This document shows, piece after piece, positions 46,282 through 59,948 of a DNA stretch of 64,000 bases. This stretch comes from Antedon mediterranea (Eukaryota; Animalia; Echinodermata). Where the stretch lies: NCBI RefSeq assembly GCF_964355755.1, contig NC_092671.1, positions 37,396,304-37,460,303 of the forward strand, in the 5' to 3' direction. Below the pieces are notes generated by a model. It saw nothing but the letters and a program-made list of their open reading frames with translations, did no database searches and was not told the DNA's origin. Position numbers and translations under genes: made by a program. Every line of letters starts with the position of its first letter. Positions within the stretch are counted from its first letter, which is position 1.

Positions 46282-49200
46282 ATGTATTTACGGAAACTTC
46301 TTTTAACGTTTGTCTTTTATGTTGTGTTAACTTTGGCGCTGTTAACATTTTTGTTGACTCCAAAAAGGTAAGTGTAATCCAATATTTCAATTAAGTTGTA
46401 AGCTTGCCATGTCACGCAGGCAAATGTGTTCGATACAAAGCAGAGCAGAATAGAATAGAAATCAAATAATTCACTTATAAATTTATTTGAAATTTTAATT
46501 TGATTATGCAAATTTATTATTTTAAATTGGTTGGATTTATTGTTTAAATAGCGATGGCCTGAATTGTATGTTACTTTACCATTTCAAGAGTTGCAATTGA
46601 TAAATGTGGGCCTTACATCAAATTTAGATATAGGTCTAGGCTTCTTTCTGACATAAAAATAGAGAATTACGTTGCTATTATTATGATTGCAAAGGAGTAC
46701 ATGATGGTTATGCATTAGAACAATTCCCATTACTTAAAATATGTTTTTAAAATTGTGCCGCACAGTGTAATGCTTATGTCATTGCTGTAGGCTTAACAGA
46801 CGTGTTTTTTTTATATATAAAATGTCGAAAATTTCGATGCGTCTATCGTGAGTTTTTTACACACCGTTTTAGCTCTTGTTCATTAGTGTTATATCGCCTC
46901 TTATTATTATCGTATCTGGCGACCATCATACTGTAATATCCCCTTGTGGATGAATACAGTTGTGTTATTTTAAAAAGAAAAAGTGCCTTTACTCGTCGGT
47001 GTACTGTTTGATGTGTAGTTGATGATAAAAGAGACACTTGGAATGTTACAAATTTAACAGGTCGTTATTCAGGTATAAAGTAACAGTCCCTCCTCACATA
47101 AACTGTGTGGCTAGAACAATGACAACAAGGTGCGATAAGTGCGACGCAACCACGTAAACCGTGTGACTAAAGCTCGGTTCCCACTAGAACTACGATTTAT
47201 AGAGCATTGACAAAGTGCGACCAGTTTACAAAGTGCGACAGGTATTTACAAAGTGCGACTCAACAACCCTTTCTCCACATTAACTGTGGCTAATAAAATG
47301 ACCATGTTTTTATACAATATATATATATATAAATATATTTTTAATTTGCCGTGATGTTTTATTTCTAATTTGCCGTGGCTTTTTTCAAATTGCCGTGGCT
47401 TTTTTCAAATTGCCGTAGTTTTTTTTTAAAGTTGCCGTGATATTTTTTTAAAGTTGCCGTGACACTTATAGGCCACCGTAATCGAGGTTTTAATGAATAA
47501 TACTTTACATGCCTTAAAATAAATAAGAGACGTAACAGTAGGCATTCATATTTAAAATGTGAGAAAATATTATCGTTGGAATTGACACAACTGTTCTTAT
47601 TGATTACATTAATCGATTAATGGCTACAGACGTAATCATAAAAATCATTTGAATCTTTGGACTTCTGGTCACTCTGTAGGTAAAGTCAGGCCAAAATTTG
47701 GTAAATGCTTGATCGGAATACTTGTATGTATTAGGCCTTATTGGTACCGTATTGAATGAAAGAATGCTGGTCCTATCTGAAGCTCTATTGCTGTGTAAAT
47801 CTCTGTCTATATACACTATCAAACTTTATGTGAAATAAAAATGTGATGTGCCCATATATAGGCATGGTGATGTCATATCATCATATCATAAAAATCATTT
47901 GAATCTTTGGACTTCTGGTCACTCTGTAGAGCGTAGGGTAAAGTCAGGCCAAAATTTGGTAAATGCTTGATCGGAATACTTGTATTTATTAGGCCTTATT
48001 GGTACCGTATTGAATGAAAGCATGCTGGTCCTATCTGAAGCTCTATTGCTGTGTAAATCTCTGTCTATATACACTATCAAACTTTATGTGAAATAAAAAT
48101 GTGATGTGCCCATATATAGGCATGGTGATGTCATATCACTACCATATTTGAGCATACTACTACCATATTCGAACATGCCACACTTTTTTTTGTCAAACTA
48201 GTTTGATAGTGTAGACAGAGCTTTAAATCATGGTAGGACTTATTTCTCCATGGTAAAATGGACAATATAATTATCGTTAAATTTAAAAATTCGACTTGTT
48301 AATTATTGTGTTTTAACGTACAAAATGATAGGCCTCATCAATCAATGACGTACTCCTGTGAATTTTTGATCACAGATTTGTGGGTAGATTCGACAAAAAC
48401 GCACCTGTTTCTGTCAGATATCCACCAAGTATCGGAAGAAGCTTACAGTTCGCAAACATGGTAAGTACAGTGTCAACACTGACAATAAAGCATTCTGCTG
48501 AAATAATCATAACTATACTGCGCATGTACATACATGCCATTTGCTGCGTAAATTCCTGTTACGTTGGACACGTACATTTCTGTTAGCAATGAATATTAAA
48601 CACATGTGTTTGTTTCTTCCATCTACATAAAAATATTCATCAAAACATCATCATAAATATCATCTAAATATTTTGTGCGGATATTCCACATTGTTTACAG
48701 AAAGGTTTCTCGGGGAATAAACTAATTATAGTATTATTATATTATATATATTATATATTGTATATATTATTAAATATTATTCAAGATTCAAGTTCCACTG
48801 TGATGGATCGGAAAGTTTCCGAAGTTCCTTTTATTAATATATATATATATGTATAAGGCATTGTTGGTGACGCATTATATCGCGTTCACTACTGGTATTC
48901 GCGGGCATTATTTGCATTATGATAGGCTGCGTGAGCGTTGTTTCAGCAGAAGTTTATTTGTTCAATATTAAAAATGGAACACAGTATTCATTCAAAATAA
49001 TATTAATACACGGTGACTCAATATTTTCAAAACGTAACATATTAGTATATTACTTAAAACATTAAAAAATATATGGTTACAAATATTATTACAAACATAA
49101 AATGCTGATCCTACCAAATTCAGATTAATAAATGTTTTTCTTTTTAAAATTCATCTTCATTTCGCAACCTGCGCATACTGCACAACATAATTCTTACGGT

Positions 49201-51222
49201 ATATCTTTCAGTGTTATAACAGACATAACATGCTATTCCTCTCTGCGCATCTTTATGGTAGTTCCTTATAACAGATGCATTAAGCCTAGTAGTTTATCAC
49301 CCATATTGTTTTCTTTCAGACATCAACTTTAAATGTAGGCCTACGTTCTACAAAGTGCAAGCCTCACACAAACATAGTATTCTTCAAAACTCATAAATGC
49401 GGAAGTTCGTCAGTTCAGAATATATTTTTAAGATTCGGAGATAAGCACAACTTGACTTTTGCTATGCCACTGGAGAACACTTTTGGATATGATCATATTT
49501 TCAGTCTTTCTATTCCTTTCAAACCAAACATGGTCGAGAATTTAACAACGAATGGATACAATATACTAGCACATCACTGTGTATTTAACAAGCCTGGTAA
49601 GTTGTGGATTGAATCGAATTAGTACCTTGCCCTCACGACAAAAATTGGCTTACAGAGACAGGCTTGATGGGTGATGGAAATTAGACGTGTTTGAAAATAT
49701 ATTTGCTAAAATTGATGGAGACATCAACAATAAATTGTTTCTTTTTGTAAGCCAAGCCATGGTCAATATACCAATTTTCTCTTGACTCTGTGATCAGCAT
49801 GTTTACTGGAGAACGCGGATTTTGTAAGCACAGTCCGAATTTAGTGTTTTAGGCTAGCAGGGCCTATCAAAGCTAAGCATCAAATCATAAGTAACAGGCC
49901 TATCCAAATATAGAAGAATACTTTTCGTCAGATTTGGTGGAAAATACACCAGACTTTATGATCAGAAACAAGTTTTATTCCGATATGTTATTATTAAACA
50001 GAATCTAGGCCTAAACAACGGGTTATATCGCTATCGAATCCTTGGTCCAAGTTACCACTATTCCCGGTGGTAAGAACAGACCTAGCCTAGTTAGGCCCTA
50101 GGCCTAACTAATAGCAGGTGTCTAAACATACTAATCTAGGTCTAATTAATTGATTTATTTCTTGGTTTTCTTACCTCTAATTTGTTATTTCCTGTCAAAA
50201 AACAACTTCTTGCAAATTGTGTATCTGAAAACTGCAATTTAATGCAATTTATAAACCGTAGGCCTAAGTACATGCCCAGCTTACCTGGTTATTCTGTCAA
50301 CTAATACCGTCTGCTTGGCACGCGCGCGCGTAACTCCTCGTAACTACATCCGCCTGTTCGATTACGTCACTGTTATTTGAATAATTAATAATCTGAGCCT
50401 AATATTCTGCATATTTCATAGTATTTTATTTATTTTGATGCATTTTCATCATTTCTAACTTGTACGGTATTTTTAGGTTTTGAGGCCATTATGCCTTCCG
50501 ACTCCTTTTACGTCACCATCATCCGGGAACCAGTGTCGGTTTTTCATTCTTATTTTGGTTATTTTGGATGGAAAAAGAAATTCGAACTTCAGAACTACTC
50601 AAATCCCATCGAAGAATTTATGAACCGTATGGAAACATTTGACGTAATACCAGAAAGTTATAAAACCAGAAGAGATGTGGTATTTCATCATTTTGACTAC
50701 AAACAGAATATAGAAACTGATACAATGGCGAAGATGGTAATGGCAAATATGGAAAGAGAGCTAGATTTCGTCATGCTGTTAGAATATTTGGACGAATCGT
50801 TAATTCTTTTAAAGAATAAATTATGCTGGAGTTTTGAAGACATTCTGTATGTGCCTAAGTTAGTTCGAAGCCAACGTTTTGCTATTAACGAATCGTTAGC
50901 GAATAGAATTCGTAAATGGAGTCGCTGGGATGTGATACTTTATGACAGATTTAACACTAGTTTTTGGAAACAAGTCGACACATTTGGATTGGATAAAATG
51001 AAAAGGGAACTAAAGATATTCAAGGAAAAACAGAAAGAGTTGCGGGAAAACTGTACCGATGAGAAAGATAATAATATATCAAAGGTTAAAAATATGAAGT
51101 TTAAATCTCACATTGAAAAAGATGGGTTTTGTTGGAAGATACAACGCAGTGAAACTAACTACACTCGTCATTTACGGGAAAAACAGCGAAAGTTCTATAA
51201 TCAAACGAAAAAGATAACGTAG
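46282..51222 (+). CDS. Galactose-3-O-sulfotransferase-like G6 (~397 aa); exons 46282-46367, 48376-48460, 49320-49596, 50477-51222
   Basis: Anchor MYLRKLLLTFVFYVVLTLALLTFLL; FFKTHKCGSSS; IIREPVSVFHS. 1194 nt in frame; exons 2-4 are close to G4. Confidence 0.88.
47345..47462. repeat. ~21-bp tandem repeat (ttgccgtg + poly-T), ~6 copies
   Basis: ttgccgtg(g/a)...tttttt(c/t)aaa recurs. Confidence 0.75.
47635..48222. repeat. Recent tandem duplication (~250 bp) including the left half of a family A MITE; complete MITE at 48057-48222
   Basis: atcataaaaatcatttgaatctttgg...gatgtcatatca repeated almost identically. Confidence 0.85.
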
Positions 51223-51974
51223 ACATATCCTTTATTTTTTTTAATCTATATTCCATCATTGAAAATGTTAAAGCTATGTTTAACTACAAAAAATGCCACC
51301 AAATAGAAAACTCATGCCTATACAATAGGCCTAATTGAAAATTAAACCAAATACCCAAATAATAATATTTTTAATGTATCTTAATAGTACTTTCAGCCCA
51401 TAAAATATGAAAAATTAAGTACCCTGGTTGTATGTTTCTCTTACTTCATTACATTCTGTCTCTTGAACATTTACAGTATTCCATGGATAAATATACTCTA
51501 TGTATAGCACCAAACATTTGATATTCAGAGCATCGAACAAAAGAAACCAAAATAAACATGGCCGGCTAAAATGTACGACTCTGGCTTATTGCACTCAACC
51601 TGACTTCCACTAAATTGATAAAACTTAAAAAACTAAAAAAAAACACTATGAATTTAGAAAGTAAAAACTATTATCTTACATGAATAAAAACAATTGTCCT
51701 TCCTGGTCAAAAGGTGTTTTTTTTTATATTAGAAGTAGAAAATGCAAAGCATGAAATATGTATCAGCATATGTAAAATAAAGACTTCTAAAAATTCTTAT
51801 AGAAAAAAACATTTTAAAAAACGTTAAAATAACCCACAGTTTGATGAAATACTTCTCACTATACATGTACGACTAAAATGTTTTGGTATTTAATCCATGC
51901 AATAGATTATTTCATAATGGCCTCTTTGACCACAAATATAAAAATAAGTTATTGGTAAAAGTGTCTCTAAGTAA

Positions 51975-54900
51975 CTAGTCGTCCACTACAAAAGTTTTAA
52001 ACTTTAAAATCTGTTTCCGTTTTAGAAAATCAGTATATGGTAGTTCAGTACGGACTAATCTATTACAAACTACATTTTTAAAAGCAGAAGGTTTTAAACG
52101 AAAACTTTCAACTTTTATACCCCCTGGATGCCAAACCCTTTTGTCATTTTCTACTACAGATTCAATGCATAAATCTTCGAAGTACTGCTTTCGTTTAAGT
52201 AGTTTTTCAACCTCTTTTGACATTCTATCTTTTCCAAAAAGTTCGATTTTCTCCCAAAATGTTTTGTTAAAATGATTGTATAATTTCACGTCACCTTTGT
52301 TCCATTCTCGGAGCTTTATCGCATTTTTCTCTGATACATCTCTCACAGATTCCTGAGCTCGAGCGTTTAAAACAAAGTAAACAATATCGTCGAAATCCCA
52401 ACACATTAATTCCTTCAATAAAATCAACGATTCGTCAAAATATTCAGTTATCATAACTAAATTAAATTGCTCACTTAATTCCAAAATCATACTGTCAATT
52501 TTGTCTTGATTATTTTTCTGATCGAGTAGCAAGCCTAGATCAGATAACATGGGATCTTTAGCGTGTTCTTTAGAACCATGTGATTCGTAATATGAATTTG
52601 GATTGGTTAAGAATTGTCCTAAAGGGTCGTCATACTGTGTCAGTTTGTAGAGTGAATCGTACTTAGAGTAGGTGAACATTGATTCAAACATGGTGACTGG
52701 ATCTCGTAGGATGGTTACAAACACGGCATCAGGCGGTAATACTTCTAACATTCCTTCAAAATAAAATAACAAAATTGTTAGTCATGTAACTATACGCTTT
52801 TATCAAAGAATTTAAACAAACCAAAATCTTATAATTTATAATACTGAATGTCAATCTTTATATCGTTTTAGCTCTATAATATCAATATTATAAACTGTAC
52901 TTATTTGTTTTATAATATTTAGATTTCAACACAATATCAAAATACTTAATCTTTTAATCTCAGACTGTGTAATATCACTTAAATGTCCATTGATAGATAG
53001 ATAGATATAACTGTTATCATAGTGTTATCATTGTGCAAAAAAAATGGACTGACCCCACAAAAGAGACAAAAACTTGATTTTTAAAATATATTATTTATGT
53101 AGACCTATACCTATCCCAAAATAAACTATTGTTAGTTCTTTTTCCATTCTAATCGCGAACAGGCACAACTTTATTAAAGTTCATAAGATAGTTTCGTACA
53201 GACAATCTAGGTCTACTTTGATTATGAAATATAACTTTACATCTTCATCAATTCACTGTAATTACCTTTATAACTGAACCTTGTATGGTGGCAGAGTATG
53301 TTGTAATACTTAGTGTTGAACGGCCTGATGTGGTGTTTATCAAATAAACCGTAACCTAAGTAATTTCCTTGTAGGGGTAACACAAAATTCAGATTATGTT
53401 CATCGCCATAACGGAATAAGATGTTCTGTACCGTGCTGCTGCTGCATTTATGCATTTTAAAGAATGCGATGTTTTTTCTTGGATTGCATTGCTGTTGTGT
53501 TAGAGGGCGTGCTTGGGTCTTTGGAAGTGACGCGTTAAGCGTTTGTGATGCTGACGCTTGTTGTTGCTTCTCCACCAATTTTTTAGAAACAGTTGAATTG
53601 CCTTTATTTAGTGTCGCATTTCTTACGAAGTAAGGCTTAAAATCCGGCTTTACATCCTTTAAAATAAAATAAAAATATCATGAAATATCTAAAGGCTTTA
53701 TAGAAACACTTACTGTAAAAAAACTTATAACCCAACATACGGTAATAGTTATAAGTATGTTGTAACTTTAATATGGGTTGTAATCTGTCTGTAGCAATAT
53801 AACTACATACACAGAAAATATTGTACCAATTGTTATAAGCATAAAAACAGTTTTAATAATATTTATATATATAGTTAGTAGAAAAAAACTATTGTGTTTG
53901 TCTGACATAAGCTATGTATTGTTGGATATTTACAGAAGAATTTTATATTTTAGTATTTTACTCCATTAATAGATTAATACAGTTTATAATAATAAGGCTT
54001 TAAAACTGCATTCGCTAAATTCAAGATATCAAACCATACGTTAAGTGTGCTACATCTAGTAATGACAATTTATCAATAATTATACAACCGAATTTCATTA
54101 CCCAAAAATATCATATCATTTCTATTAATAAATTAAGTTATGAATATTAAAGAGGAAAACGAGTTATTTTGGATGATTTAAACCTTATTTGCCTCTCACT
54201 TCCAGATGACTGAGTGTGAAACTAATCAATTAGCGCCCTCTAGAGAGCACTAATACCAGCTCCTTTGAGAGTATTGATGATACAAGTGTAAAAGATAGGT
54301 TTTACAGCACGACACGTGACTACGGTCTTCAATTAAAAATGTGTATTAGAAAAATAGATGCTTTTAAGGAGACTAAGTGATACTGAAAATTATAGTGGGG
54401 AAATCTTTAAAGTGATATAATATATCAAAGATTAAAACAACGCTATTATAGGATAAATAATGTGATTATTAAGAACATAGACCTAATATGAATGAAATAT
54501 TTTTTTTTAATGTCCATTACAAGACTGTAAATGTAGATACTATGCGGTAAACAATACATGTGGCATAACGTAGGCCTACTATAACATTCTGTCCATTAAT
54601 GATATAGGAGATTTATGTGTAACGTGTAAAGCTTGGTTCCCACTAGCGACGCAACGTAACGCAATCTACGCAACGTAAGCAAATGCACTTCTAATAACTT
54701 ACCCCGCCCTGCGTGAAATCAAACCTGCGATGTTTGCAGCACTATTGCGTCGTCGGTTCCCACTTGTGATTACGCAATACATCACTTTGCGTCGACGTCG
54801 CTACGTTCTAGTGGGAACCACGCTTAAGCTTGGTTCCCACTAGAACGTAACGCAAGGACGTAAACGTAACGTTGTCTAAATTACGTTACGTTATTTTACA

Positions 54901-56973
54901 CAATTGATAGCTCTACTTTGTTAAAATTACGTTACGTTATTTTACACTATTGATAGACCTACTTTGTCTAAATTACGTTAAGTTATTTTATAGAATTGAT
55001 AGCTCTACTTTGTTTAAATTACGTTACGTTATGTTACACTATTTATAGACCTACTTTGTCTAAATTACGTTAAGTTATTTTACAGAATTGATAGACCTTT
55101 ATTGTCTAAATTACGTTACGTTACTTTGTCTAAATTACGTACATTAATGTACATAAAGTTAAAGCGTTTCTTACAAATGTAATTACACCACCAAATGATT
55201 TCATATTCTGTGTCGATGTCTTAATTAGCATTGAATGTCAGTTAAAATATACATTGTTCCTCTGGGATCTTATTTCTTTTGAGTGGATTAAACTAGAAGA
55301 TTTGGATATCAAATTTGATATGTTCATCTCAACCGTATAACAAATAGCGTTATTTAGAAGTGATGATTACTGTCTTCAAGCAATTTGTTTTTATACATTA
55401 TAGCCAAATATGTTTATTCTGACCACCAATTTCCTTTCCTATTAAAATGTTGATATTTGTGATAAGTTGACTATTCAAACTGTGGATTTCCCACTTTCCA
55501 AAAGCCTTGTCTTCACTATCAAACTTTATGTGACAAAAGAAAGTGTGATGTGACCATATATGCACATGATGATGTCATATCACTGCCATATTTAAGCATA
55601 GGGTCTATATTATAGCCAAATGTGTTTATTTTAACCAGCTTTTTTTTCTCCACCATTTAAAAGTGGCACTGTAGTTTATGGTGGTTGATATGCTTGCCTG
55701 CCAAATCCAGAGATCAGGGTTGAAATCCAATGATCGTTTCTGTGAGTTTTCATATTATCAGTGTTGTATTTTGTTGAAAAACCTTTGCAATTATTATTTA
55801 AAAGCTGATTTTCATATATTTAGTGAAATTGATATTTAAATGGAGTTCTTTCTTTTATAAGCGTTTACTTCTTGAATTTTCCCACCTTTCTTGTTTAAAT
55901 CAGTTATTTTTAATTTGACATATTGAAATTGTCATCACTCAAAGAAAATAAAAGAAGTTGCCATTACCGTCAATACAAACACGATACATTATGAGTATTT
56001 CCACTGGCCTTTAGTTTAGTATTTGTATTGATTTAATTTTTTAAGACAACTATGTATTATAACTTACTTGTTGATGCGCAACAGCTTCCTCTTGTACCAT
56101 GTACCATAACTGCTTTAGCCTAGATTTCGAGTTACTTAAATGAAATGAAATAATAAGTTACTGTACTTACTTATACACTAGTCAAACTAAGAAGCTAACC
56201 CAGTCAAGGAAGCCATTCAACAGTCAGACCCAGCATATATTTGGATGCTAGAGAAGACTGCCTCTTGGATGCGACTGGCATCAGTGGGAGGAACAAAACT
56301 GTACTGTAGCCTACTGTATTACCTTTCACATTGCCTTGCATGTGGATGCGCCTTGGGAGATGTGTTTTTGCGATATAAAAGGGTGATAAATGTAAACTTA
56401 TTCAATCCGAGAGTTAACATTAATGTTATTATTGTGTTGTACATAATATTACAATTTCTTTCTTATTAAAATGTAGATGTTGATATTTGTGATACGTTGG
56501 CTATTCAAACTGTGGATACACTTTCCAAAAGCTTTGTCTTCACTATCAAACTTTATGTGACAACAAAATGTGATGTGCCCATATATGGACATGATGATGT
56601 CATATCACTACCATATTTAAGCATATCACTGCCATATTTAAGCATATCACTACCATATTTAGGCTGTCTACACTTTTGTTTTGTCACAAACTAATTTGAT
56701 AGTGTAGACAGAGCTTAAGACTACGATCATTGACAAGACTTAGAACATTATTGCTCGAGAGCCGATGTGAGTGAAGCTGACTTAGCTATGTCTATAAATT
56801 GATAAATTGTAATCAAAATTATAATAAGTAGGCCTAAAATATAAATTATTTTACCTGTTTTCATATAGGCTTATTTTTCTTACACTGTCATTAAAGGTGC
56901 GAATTGTACAGTAGATGATGATGAATAACAAGGTGGTACCAACTAAGCATTTCTTTTTTGTTATGATTACCAT
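51975..56973 (-). CDS. Galactosylceramide sulfotransferase-like G7 (most canonical GAL3ST, ~451 aa); exons 56973-56855, 56134-56068, 53656-53266, 52753-51975
   Basis: Anchor CLVGTTLLFIIIYCTI; FFKMHKCSSST; LCHHTRF; TILRDPVTMFES; FNLVMITEYFDESLILLKELMCWDFDDIVYFVLNAR. 1356 nt in frame. Confidence 0.9.
54630..54824. mobile_element. MITE family B type II, followed by a truncated type I copy (54827-54870)
   Basis: TIRs; TAA TSD. Confidence 0.85.
54872..55142. repeat. ~46-bp minisatellite, ~6 copies
   Basis: Unit ttgtctaaattacgttacgttattttacacaattgatag(c/a)(t/c)ctact. Confidence 0.85.
56530..56715. mobile_element. MITE family A copy with three internal 21-bp units
   Basis: TIRs; the left flank is also duplicated at 55455-55600. 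Confidence 0.85.
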
Positions 56974-57193
56974 CTTCAATCGGCATCATCTATAACTTCA
57001 TAGGAAATATGAAGATGATAAGCATTCTATATAAAATAATGTTGAAATTAAATTCAAGTTCGATTTGATACTAAAGAATAATATTACATTTATTACTGAT
57101 ACGACGTTCGGTGGGCTCTTTGATACCGTGTTTTACCGAAATCTGAAGCACGGCCAACAGCGTTCGCGGTATCAAAGTTCTTATATTTCTTAA

Positions 57194-57332
57194 AGCTCTG
57201 TCTACACTATAAAACTATTTTGACAAAAAAATGTGATGTGCCCAAGTATGGTATTTATATGATTTCTTCATGTCCATATATAAGCACATGATATTTTTTT
57301 GTTACATAAAGTTTGATGGTGTAGACAGAGCT
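57194..57332. mobile_element. MITE family A copy
   Basis: TIRs as above. Confidence 0.8.
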
Positions 57333-57685
57333 GTAGATATTTCATATACAGTAAGCCTAATTGTAGAAATAAAACGTTTGTTAAGATAGCTTACAGTACA
57401 CAACATCCACACAGAAACGTATATTTCTGTTAAAAAAAAAACACTTTAATTTCTACTATGTCTATATGTAAATTAGCTTTGTCTAAAAATGATATTCTTT
57501 ATTTTTATTAATATATATATTTTATCTAATCCATATAATGACTGAACTTGTAACAGTTTCGTCACCGTTTTGTTTAATTATATTGATATATCAGCATTCT
57601 GATGGTTTAACGTGTAAATTTAGCATAATCCAATTCATTTATTATGGATGACAAGAAATTGAATGTTTCTGAATATTTTTTTTAG

Positions 57686-58250
57686 TAATCGATGTAGTAC
57701 GGTACATGTTGAAATAGTTGCTGGAAAAAAAATAATTATGTCACTAATAGCGTACGGTACCGTATACAATGTAGGGGTATATTCACCATACAGCTTAAAT
57801 TTAGCCAAATTAGACACGAATAGGCCTAAATATTTATATTAAAATTGTCCTATGTCTTTTATTAAACAACCCCATATAATCGATGTAGTACTGGTACAGG
57901 TTGAGATAGTTGCTGGAACTACAAAAAAATGATTTTTTTATATTAACGCACGTCGTATTATAACGCACGGTATACAATGTATATCAATGCAGCTTTAATT
58001 TAGCCTAATGAGACACGAATAGACCTATGTATTTATAGTAAAACCTGGCCTATGTCTATAAACAACCCCATGTAATCGATGTAGTACGGTACATGTTGAA
58101 ATAGTTGAAACTACAAAAAATTATTTTTATATTAATACGTTGTATAGCGTACGGTATACAATGTATATTCATACAGCTTAAATTTAGCCAAATGAGACAC
58201 GAATATAGGCCTATATGTCTTTATAGTAAAACCTGTCTATAACCAACCCT
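57686..58250. repeat. ~190-bp tandem repeat x3
   Basis: taatcgatgtagtac(t)ggtaca.gttga.atagttg...tatacaatgta...cagctt.aatttagcc.aa..agacacgaat...aacaacccc repeated three times. Confidence 0.85.
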
Positions 58251-58977
58251 ATACTTAGTTTGTGGTGAAAACACACAGTCCAAAGTCCAAATCAATGAAC
58301 AATGCTATACTTACGACTCATTCACTTTCCCAATAATATAAAACCATTACATTAATATTAAATTTAAGAATATAATTTAAATACTACGTTACCTTAAAGC
58401 GCGTTCAGCGTCCCATCGATAGAATCCGATAGAGACAGATGTAAAATGTGTGAAAAGTTTCCTCGCACCAGTAACCCATTCTGCTTCTGTACGAGAGTAT
58501 GAAATGTGTGTTATTGACTAAAAGAACACACAATGAACAGGCACACGCATGCTCGGTATATTGCTACAATAATAAGTGTTGTTTGAAGAAAGTGCGCGAA
58601 ATAAATATAACCTGATGATTATGATGATAACGTTAATTAAAATGTACTGTTCCTTGGTTAATGACATTTACAATACAACATTTTAGGCTTATAAAGTAAA
58701 TCAATCATTCATTTATTTATTTTATCAACTCACATAAAACAAGTAAAGGCTCTTAAATAAAAAGTATTTAAAAACAACGTATAAAATAATGATAACAATA
58801 TTTTTTTAAATATTTAAAACCGTAAACCTATGTTTATGTGTGACGTGTCAGACATGGAAAATTGGCAGGGAAGCATCTGATTGAAAGACAATATAGGTCT
58901 AGAGATCTCAGTATAACCACTGTTGTAATGGGTTTACTTTTAAAAAAAATGATGTAGACGACCCAGTGGTAATCTAA

Positions 58978-59153
58978 AGCTCTGTCTACACTATCAAACT
59001 ATTTTGACAAAAAAGTGTGATATGCCCAAATATGGTAGTTATATGACATCATCATGTCCATATATATAGGCATATCGAATTTGTTTGTCATACAGTTTGA
59101 TAGTGTAGATGAAATCAACAGTATTTACAACATTTGATAGTGTAGACAGAGCT
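58978..59153. mobile_element. MITE family A copy with duplicated right end
   Basis: TIRs; tttgatagtgtaga occurs twice. Confidence 0.8.
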
Positions 59154-59948
59154 TTCGTTAGAATAGGTGAACCATAATGAGAGCAACCATAATGAAAACC
59201 ATCATTTGTTATCAATATTATATTTCAGGGTGGCATTGATTTCAGAATGGCTCAACTCACGCGTCGATGGGCATAACACGCCAGCTGGTATAGACAATCA
59301 TTGATATTGTTACTTAAGCTGTAAACGATTAGAGAATATAATTCGCCCTAATATTGATTATTAAAACAATAATTTTATAGTAAATACACGTAATGCAAGT
59401 TTACATGCTGCGTAAATACCAGTAATTCTTTAACAACATTTTGAATATAAATTATGTCTACGCGTTATTCACCCAATACACGAGCGTTATCGAGACTAGC
59501 GATAGTAAACAGCACGCAGTATCGGGCCTTCTGACAGCAACTATATTCCCATGGGATACCGTATCGGCGAATTGAATAGTAAATGCACGTATGTAGATTT
59601 ACACTGCGTAACATAATTCTTCATGAGCGGTATAATGACTAGCGATATTAAATAGTTCGCAGTATCGTGTCTTCTGACCGCAACTTTCATTCCATGTGAT
59701 ACCGTATAAAGATCGGGTTCTTTTGCGAAATCCCAATATTGATAATTCTACGTCCATCAGCTAGGCCATGAGTGGGTCGCGTGGTAGGCCTGTGTTTGGA
59801 TAGTGGTTTAGCTTGGAGTGTTTTGAGTCATCCTCATTAAATAAAGAATAATAAAAAAATGTATTGTCATTATTTTATTCATTGATAATAAAGATGCGAT
59901 AACGATTAAGTCATGGATGTTAGGCCTAATCAAAAACTCTCTCATAAA

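Noticed and set aside
2864-56973. Idea that the PLPP, MPEG1 and GAL3ST genes form one operon-like lipid-defence pathway
   Set aside because: Only proximity supports it; orientations are mixed, TMEM138 intervenes, and no shared regulatory signal is visible.
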